This document shows positions 56,500-64,000 of a DNA stretch of 64,000 bases, piece by piece (the stretch's first letter is position 1; every line of letters starts with the position of its first letter). The stretch comes from an uncultured Gammaproteobacteria bacterium (GTDB taxonomy: Bacteria; Patescibacteriota; Patescibacteriia; UBA9934; GWF2-40-263), in NCBI GenBank assembly GCA_964538435.1, contig CAZIDX010000004.1, forward strand, positions 769 to 64,768, in the 5' to 3' direction. A model generated the notes under the pieces. It was given only the letters and a program-made list of their open reading frames with translations, ran no database searches and was not told the DNA's origin. The position numbers were made by a program, and so were the translations under genes.

Positions 56500-56925
56500 T
56501 TAACCTTTGATTTCGAGTCCCATTTGCTTTGCTGTGCCTGCAATAATCTTCATTGCTTGCTCAACATCATCTGTGTTGAGGTCAGGCATTTTCTTTTCAG
56601 CAATTTCTTGGAGCTGTGCGCGAGTGATTGAACCAACTTTGGTGGTCAAAGGGTTGCCAGATCCTTTTTTGATCTTTGCAGCCTTCTTGAGCATGTCAGA
56701 GGCTGGTGCTGTTTTTGTAACAAAGTCGAATGATCGATCTTCGTATACGTTGATGATGACCGGAACGATCTCACCGCGACGTTCTTTGGTAGCTCCATTG
56801 AACATGTTCACGAAGTCTCCGATTGGGAGTCCGTGCTGACCAAGTGCTGGTCCGATCGGTGGGGCAGGGGTAGCTGCGCCTCCTGGGATTTGCAACTTGA
56901 TCTGCGTAACGAGTTTTTTCGCCAT
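56500..56925 (-). CDS. rplK: 50S ribosomal protein L11
   Basis: [28 protein letters not shown]. Confidence 0.98.
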   Translation of the reverse strand: MAKKLVTQIKLQIPGGAATPAPPIGPALGQHGLPIGDFVNMFNGATKERRGEIVPVIINVYEDRSFDFVTKTAPASDMLKKAAKIKKGSGNPLTTKVGSITRAQLQEIAEKKMPDLNTDDVEQAMKIIAGTAKQMGLEIKG

Positions 56926-57007
56926 AGTATTGATATTTACTGGATTCCGCTGCCCGTAGGTAGCAGCAACCAGACTATGAATAATTATCTAGCTTCGGGA
57001 GGGTACA

Positions 57008-57553
57008 CTAAACTTCCTTAACTTGCAAGAAGTCGAGCTCTACTGGAGTCTCGCGTCCAAACATGGAAACAAGCACCTTAACCTTACCGCGCTCTTCGTC
57101 GATTTCAGCCACTTTTCCTTCCTGGTCTTTAAACGGACCGTCGGTGATAAGTACAGGTGATCCTTTTTGCAGATCAAGCTTGTATTCAGGTTCATCAACA
57201 CCCATGCGTTTCTGGAGAGAGTCGATTTCTTCTTGAGCGATTGGAGTAGGGGTTGTTCCGGTTCCAATGAATCCAGTCACGTTTGGTGTGTTTCGTACAA
57301 CGTACCAAGAGTCGTCTGTAACGATCATTTCCACGAGCACGTATCCAGGGAAGATTTTTTCTTCAATGGTTTTTCGTTTTCCGTTTTTGATCTTGATCTT
57401 CTTTTCCTTTGGTACCAAGACGTGAAAGATTTTCTCTTCCATGTCCATGGTCTCAATACGTTGATTGAGGTTCTCAGATACGTTCTCTTCGTATCCTGAG
57501 TAAGTGTGGATCGCGTACCAACGTCGACCCATGTTTGCTGTTTGCTTTGCCAT
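57008..57553 (-). CDS. nusG: Transcription termination/antitermination factor NusG
   Basis: WYAIHTYSGYE, FPGYVLVEM, KOW domain, FGRETPVEL. Confidence 0.98.
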   Translation of the reverse strand: MAKQTANMGRRWYAIHTYSGYEENVSENLNQRIETMDMEEKIFHVLVPKEKKIKIKNGKRKTIEEKIFPGYVLVEMIVTDDSWYVVRNTPNVTGFIGTGTTPTPIAQEEIDSLQKRMGVDEPEYKLDLQKGSPVLITDGPFKDQEGKVAEIDEERGKVKVLVSMFGRETPVELDFLQVKEV

Positions 57554-57690
57554 ACTCACGTCTTCAAAATTGACGATCTTTCAGTTCGTGTCTGTGCACT
57601 TCGACGATGTACCGATCAGTACACCTTACTGCAGTGCTCGACACTCACTGAAATCTCATTCAATTTTGCAAACGTTCAATGTTTAAAAAA

Positions 57691-57915
57691 TTAAGAGGTA
57701 AGTGAGATAAGCTGCTCTAGTCCAATGTTGAGCAACCAGTCTAATCCTCCAAAGAAACCAGCAATGATTAGACAAAGAACAATAGTGATAATTGAGTACT
57801 TGACGGTTTCCTTGCGGCTTGGCCAAGTGACTTTTTTCATCTCGCTTCGAGATTCACTAACGTAGCGAAAGAGCCATTTAATAGGATTCTCTTTCTCAGT
57901 AGTTTTGGTTTTCAT
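57691..57915 (-). CDS. secE: Preprotein translocase subunit SecE
   Basis: EMKKVTWPS plus one TM; upstream of nusG. Confidence 0.95.
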   Translation of the reverse strand: MKTKTTEKENPIKWLFRYVSESRSEMKKVTWPSRKETVKYSIITIVLCLIIAGFFGGLDWLLNIGLEQLISLTS

Positions 57916-57922
57916 AAAATAA

Positions 57923-57984
57923 AGCGTGTAGCGGTTAGCGGGTAGCGAGTAGTCTATTCGCTAAACGCTATTCGCTCTTTAGCT
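57923..57984. repeat. Heptamer-repeat hairpin (AGCGNNT)n / (ANNCGCT)n with no internal gene
   Basis: agcgtgt-agcggtt-agcgggt-agcgagt-ag-t-ct-attcgct-aaacgct-attcgct. Confidence 0.7.
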
Positions 57985-58024
57985 GAAGTATTTTAAAAAC
58001 GGGCCCTGGGCCCATTCGATGAGA

Positions 58025-58053
58025 ACTATAAGGTATCTAGGGTATTTTGTCAA
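58025..58053 (-). promoter_or_regulatory. Sigma70 promoter for secE-nusG-rplK-rplA
   Basis: TTGACA-17-TATAGT on the minus strand. Confidence 0.7.
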
Positions 58054-58108
58054 TGGGGTGGGGACAATTGAAAAACCGGCTGGGAGGCCGGCTTGGCGTG
58101 GAGCGCGA

Positions 58109-58519
58109 TCATTCGATCGGGTTTCCTGTGAGAGGGTTCTTCCACTCTGCTCCCTTGGGACCGTTGGCGGTCGTCTTGATCACACAGGACTCGAGATGTT
58201 CTCCGGGCATGAACACGTAGTAGCGTACCTGGTGGCCAGAGCGGTCGGGTACACGGTCGCCTGGTGCGAGCTCTCTGCTCCAGCGAACGGTTTCGCCCTT
58301 GAACAGCCAGGTAGAGCGGATGTGGACGGGGTGATCGTTGTTGTTTTTTACCCAGCCAGGTGCTGCATGGCCTGTCACCTCGACGCCGCACTGCTCAGTG
58401 CGGGCTTGGAGGTGGTCGGAACGTTCCCAGTGGGGGACAATGCTGATGTTGGCGGCCGCAGCCAGTCCCAGAGGGATAAGCATGATCGCGCCAAGCATCC
58501 AGAGGCCTCTGGTCGACAT
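58109..58519 (-). CDS. Putative exported hypothetical protein
   Basis: AGGAGGT SD before ATG 58519; N-terminal hydrophobic signal; terminator-like hairpin ccggc-tggga-ggccgg at ~58076-58091. Confidence 0.6.
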   Translation of the reverse strand: MSTRGLWMLGAIMLIPLGLAAAANISIVPHWERSDHLQARTEQCGVEVTGHAAPGWVKNNNDHPVHIRSTWLFKGETVRWSRELAPGDRVPDRSGHQVRYYVFMPGEHLESCVIKTTANGPKGAEWKNPLTGNPIE

Positions 58520-58555
58520 GGGCACCTCCTAAGGTGTTTGTGTGAGAGTGGGGGA

Positions 58556-59035
58556 TTATTCGGGCTTAGGCACCTCTTCTATGCGGAGGAGTAGGTGGAG
58601 ATCACCGAATTGGATGTGGTGCCTTGCATGACTGAGGTAGATGTGCACGAAGGAGACAGGGATGCAGTTTGCAGGGTCAATGATCACACCGTCGATCAGG
58701 ATGGTGTCGGTTGGCTCGTTTTGCCGGTACTTTTTTCTGTTTGGCTGGGATGCTTTTTGTCGCTCGGTGAGCTCGCTGGCGTGCTCCTTGTGGGCAATCA
58801 ATAGCACACAAGGTTTTTGCATCGTCTCCCTTGCTTGCAAAGTTAGAATGTCATCAGAAGCAAGGTTTGCCAGATGGTTGGGGATGTGGTGTCTGAGGAG
58901 CTCCCTGTCCATGAGGATTGTTGGGTTGTATCCTAGGGGATCTGCTGGAGGGGAGCACTCAATGGGTGTGCTAAAGGAGATGTCCAAAGGCTCTCCTGTG
59001 ATTGCATCGATGATACAGAAGCGGAGCATTAGCAT
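58556..59035 (-). CDS. Hypothetical protein
   Basis: GGAGG before ATG; TTGACA at 59097-59092. Confidence 0.55.
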   Translation of the reverse strand: MLMLRFCIIDAITGEPLDISFSTPIECSPPADPLGYNPTILMDRELLRHHIPNHLANLASDDILTLQARETMQKPCVLLIAHKEHASELTERQKASQPNRKKYRQNEPTDTILIDGVIIDPANCIPVSFVHIYLSHARHHIQFGDLHLLLRIEEVPKPE

Positions 59036-59146
59036 TTTTGCCTCCGTGAGTTTATGAGAGAACCAGTATTATTAGCAAGTTTTTGTGAATTTGTCAATAC
59101 AAAAACCCGCAACGTGATTGGTTGCGGATTCTTTACTTTGAAATAT

Positions 59147-59575
59147 TTAGTAGGAGAATTTTGACAATGCTGCGTTTATCTCTTCAAGAAATGCAGCGTA
59201 TTCATCGGTTTTTTCATCAACATATCCACCCATTTCTCTGTCGAAGGTTGCCATTTCCCAAAGCGTGCGGATGTTTGTTTTGATTTCTACCAGATTGAAA
59301 TCATGATTTCCTAGGAGGGGCTCATCATCGTAGTAGAGTTTTATGTCGGTATTTTTTCGGCCATTGACACTGTAGACGATCTCGATCGCATGTGTGTTTC
59401 CTTGGTTGGAGGTGATTTCTTTTGTGGCGACGTGAGTACCTTCGTGATAATAAGCTTTTTTCTCATGCCCTTCTGGTTTTTTCTGAACGTCAAAACCTGC
59501 AGTCTTGAGCGCATAATCTAACTGCATCTGTTCAGCTTCACGCTGTTCAGCTGCGGTTTCTCTTCTTTCTGTCAT
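59147..59575 (-). CDS. Hypothetical protein
   Basis: ORF starting 4 nt after the gyrB stop. Confidence 0.6.
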   Translation of the reverse strand: MTERRETAAEQREAEQMQLDYALKTAGFDVQKKPEGHEKKAYYHEGTHVATKEITSNQGNTHAIEIVYSVNGRKNTDIKLYYDDEPLLGNHDFNLVEIKTNIRTLWEMATFDREMGGYVDEKTDEYAAFLEEINAALSKFSY

Positions 59576-59579
59576 ATAT

Positions 59580-61733
<2,154 letters not shown>

Positions 61734-61825
61734 CTATAGATTACACTATTTGAGCGACTTTTCCAAGCCCTGACTGTGGGTGTCTTGAGCGCATTTTTTC
61801 TTTTGTCGTGGTATAATTTTCTTAC

Positions 61826-62755
61826 ATGAATCAGGAGGGATTTTTATTAGAAGAAGAACAAGAAGATAAGCGGTTTTATCGCTTGTCTTTGTGGTGGGTA
61901 GAGCATCGCGCGCTTCTGCGTCAGATTGGGATTGGAATTTTTATTGCGTTTGATGCTGTGCTCTTGTCTTTTGTTGTCTGGACCATGCTTGATAGCTTTG
62001 CGATTTCCTATGGCGCAGAGCAGCGTGCTGTGGCAGAGATGGTTGCATATGGTCAGTCGGATCTGCATGCGTATACGGTTGCAAATGCAGCAGAGGATTT
62101 GCAGATGGGAAGCGCAAGTGTGTTTTCTACGGGGGATGGCCAGTTTGATCTTGTTGTGTTTGTTCGCAATAAGAATGATGATTGGTGGGCTGAGGTTGAT
62201 TACCATTTCCTCACAGATTCAGGTGAGAGCGAATACCGCTCAGGGTTTATTTTGCCAAGCGAGGAAAAGCCATTTGTAGAGCTTGCATTTGATTCAGGCA
62301 GCACATTGTTTGATGCAGAGTTTGTGGTTGATAATGTTGCGTGGTATCGCGTTGACCATCATCTGATTTCAGACTACGAAGTGTGGTCAGATGATAGACT
62401 AAACATTGCGATTGAGGATGCTGCGTTTACAACTGAGGCGGGGTATGAAGACGAGGTTTATGGGCGTACGTCGTTTTATGCCACGAACAGCACGGCGTTT
62501 AGCTATTATGAGCCAAGGTTTTTTATTATGCTCATGAGAGGTTCGTCAGTGGTTGGAATAAACAGAACATCGGTTTCAGAGTTTGAGAGCGGTGAGATGA
62601 TTGATGTGAGTGTGAACTGGTTTGGGACACTGCCGTCAGTGACAAGTGTTGAGATCAGGCCGGAGATTAATATCTTTGATCTTGATTCGTATAAAGCATT
62701 GGCTGGTGAGACTACGCGAGATACACGTACAAGGGTGTTTGATACTCGAAGGTAG
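61826..62755 (+). CDS. Membrane-anchored hypothetical protein
   Basis: One N-terminal TM plus an acidic beta-rich region. Confidence 0.7.
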   Translation: MNQEGFLLEEEQEDKRFYRLSLWWVEHRALLRQIGIGIFIAFDAVLLSFVVWTMLDSFAISYGAEQRAVAEMVAYGQSDLHAYTVANAAEDLQMGSASVFSTGDGQFDLVVFVRNKNDDWWAEVDYHFLTDSGESEYRSGFILPSEEKPFVELAFDSGSTLFDAEFVVDNVAWYRVDHHLISDYEVWSDDRLNIAIEDAAFTTEAGYEDEVYGRTSFYATNSTAFSYYEPRFFIMLMRGSSVVGINRTSVSEFESGEMIDVSVNWFGTLPSVTSVEIRPEINIFDLDSYKALAGETTRDTRTRVFDTRR

Positions 62756-62831
62756 GTTCAATTCTTAAAAGGAGGCAACCGGGGGTGGTTGCTTTTTTGC
62801 TTGGCTGTGATTAGCTAGGGGAGACATTGAT

Positions 62832-63962
62832 ATGAAACGTTTTCTTCCTAACATTTCAATGGGGTCAGGTCGGTTTAGATCACTGGACTGGCTTCTTTTG
62901 ATTAGTGTGTTTGTTTTGCTTTTGCTTGGTCTTTCTGCGATTTACTCAGTTGAGCTTTCTCAGGCGAGTGGGTTTTTGAATGTGAAAAAGCAGCTTATTG
63001 CTGTTGTGGTGGCAAGTGTGGTTTGTTTTTTTGTTTCGTTTTCAAATTATCAGCTTTTGCGTAATTATAGTTTGGTTCTTTATGTGTTTGGGGTTCTGCT
63101 TTTGGTGGGAGTGCTCGTGCTGGGGGATACCATTCGTGGCGCGCAAGGATGGTTTGTGTTTGGTCCAGCGAGTTTTCAGCCGGTTGAGTTCATGAAGGTG
63201 GCGCTTATTGTGATGCTTGCCGCGTATTTTTCTCGGCATGCAAAACGACCACTTGGGCTCAGGCAACTTGGTGGAAGTATGGTTATCATGCTTATCCCTG
63301 TCACGCTTGTAATGATGCAGCCTGACCTTGGTTCTGCGTCTGTGCTTGTGGGGATTTGGCTTTTCTTGTCACTGTTTGCTGGTATGCGCTGGCTTCACGC
63401 GATTGTCCTGGCTGTGTTTGGGTCTGCACTCAGTGCTTTGGCATGGCTCTTTTTTCTTGTTGAGTATCAGAAGGCTCGCATCATGACGTTTTTGGATCCG
63501 ACGTTTGATCCGTTAGGGCAGGGATATAATGTTGCGCAGGCAATTATTGCCATTGGGTCAGGCGGTTTTTTTGGAAGCGGGCTTGGGTTTGGAACTCAGA
63601 GCCACTTGAAGTTTTTGCCTGAGAGTCAGACAGACTTTATTTTTGCTGTGATCGCTGAGGAGCTTGGGTTTATTGGGGTGCTTATTGTGATGGCCGCGTT
63701 TGCACTTTTGTTTTCACGAATTCTAAGGCTTGTTTTTCGAGCGGCAAATGATTTTTCTGCGTTTTTACTTTTGGGGGTTGGTGCCATGTTCTTTTTGCAG
63801 TTTCTTGTGAACATTGGGATGAATCTTGGTCTCTTTCCTGTGACAGGAATCGGTCTTCCTTTTGTAAGTTATGGAGGAAGCTCGCTTCTCTTTTCGCTTC
63901 TTCTGGTTGCTATTGTTGAGAGTGTTGCTTGTCGAGATCGGGGTGTTCGTCAATCAAGATAG
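62832..63962 (+). CDS. rodA: Rod shape-determining protein RodA (SEDS family)
   Basis: FQPVEFMK, QPDLG, GYNV.Q..IAIGSGG, FLPESQTDFIF...EELG, G..LPFVSYGGSS. Confidence 0.92.
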   Translation: MKRFLPNISMGSGRFRSLDWLLLISVFVLLLLGLSAIYSVELSQASGFLNVKKQLIAVVVASVVCFFVSFSNYQLLRNYSLVLYVFGVLLLVGVLVLGDTIRGAQGWFVFGPASFQPVEFMKVALIVMLAAYFSRHAKRPLGLRQLGGSMVIMLIPVTLVMMQPDLGSASVLVGIWLFLSLFAGMRWLHAIVLAVFGSALSALAWLFFLVEYQKARIMTFLDPTFDPLGQGYNVAQAIIAIGSGGFFGSGLGFGTQSHLKFLPESQTDFIFAVIAEELGFIGVLIVMAAFALLFSRILRLVFRAANDFSAFLLLGVGAMFFLQFLVNIGMNLGLFPVTGIGLPFVSYGGSSLLFSLLLVAIVESVACRDRGVRQSR

Positions 63963-64000
63963 CTTGTGGTATTCTGAGAGTAAGGAGAGTCGTGGGGACT

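Overview
A gene-dense bacterial chromosome segment using the standard genetic code. Gene style suggests Patescibacteria/CPR (inference): housekeeping genes mostly without SD sequences, T4SS-pilin-like proteins, a solo PaaX/Cas2-like gene and tRNA-Arg(GCG). Core genes include recG, radA, clpC, htpX, lemA, a phosphomannomutase, tyrS, rseP, pheST, dnaE, thrS (with a Thr T-box), miaBA, gatB, tmk, thyA-folA, dcd, secE-nusG-rplK-rplA, gyrB and rodA, plus two tRNAs. The standout is a tightly coupled minus-strand operon lying between clpC and radA. It encodes a beta-propeller, a DsbA and three paralogous VirB2/T4SS-pilin-like proteins, each fused to a different peptidoglycan hydrolase (M23, M15B, lytic transglycosylase). 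This is a candidate host-wall-breaching appendage. Non-coding highlights are a three-copy ~190-nt covarying structured element, a cobalamin-aptamer-like RNA with its own promoter and terminator but no B12 gene, a two-copy hairpin family, a transposase-less IS200/IS605-type element, and heptamer-armed inverted repeats in filled and empty forms. About ten accessory genes, most with their own TTGACA promoter and an SD, are scattered among the core genes. All calls come from motif recognition by eye; no searches were run.
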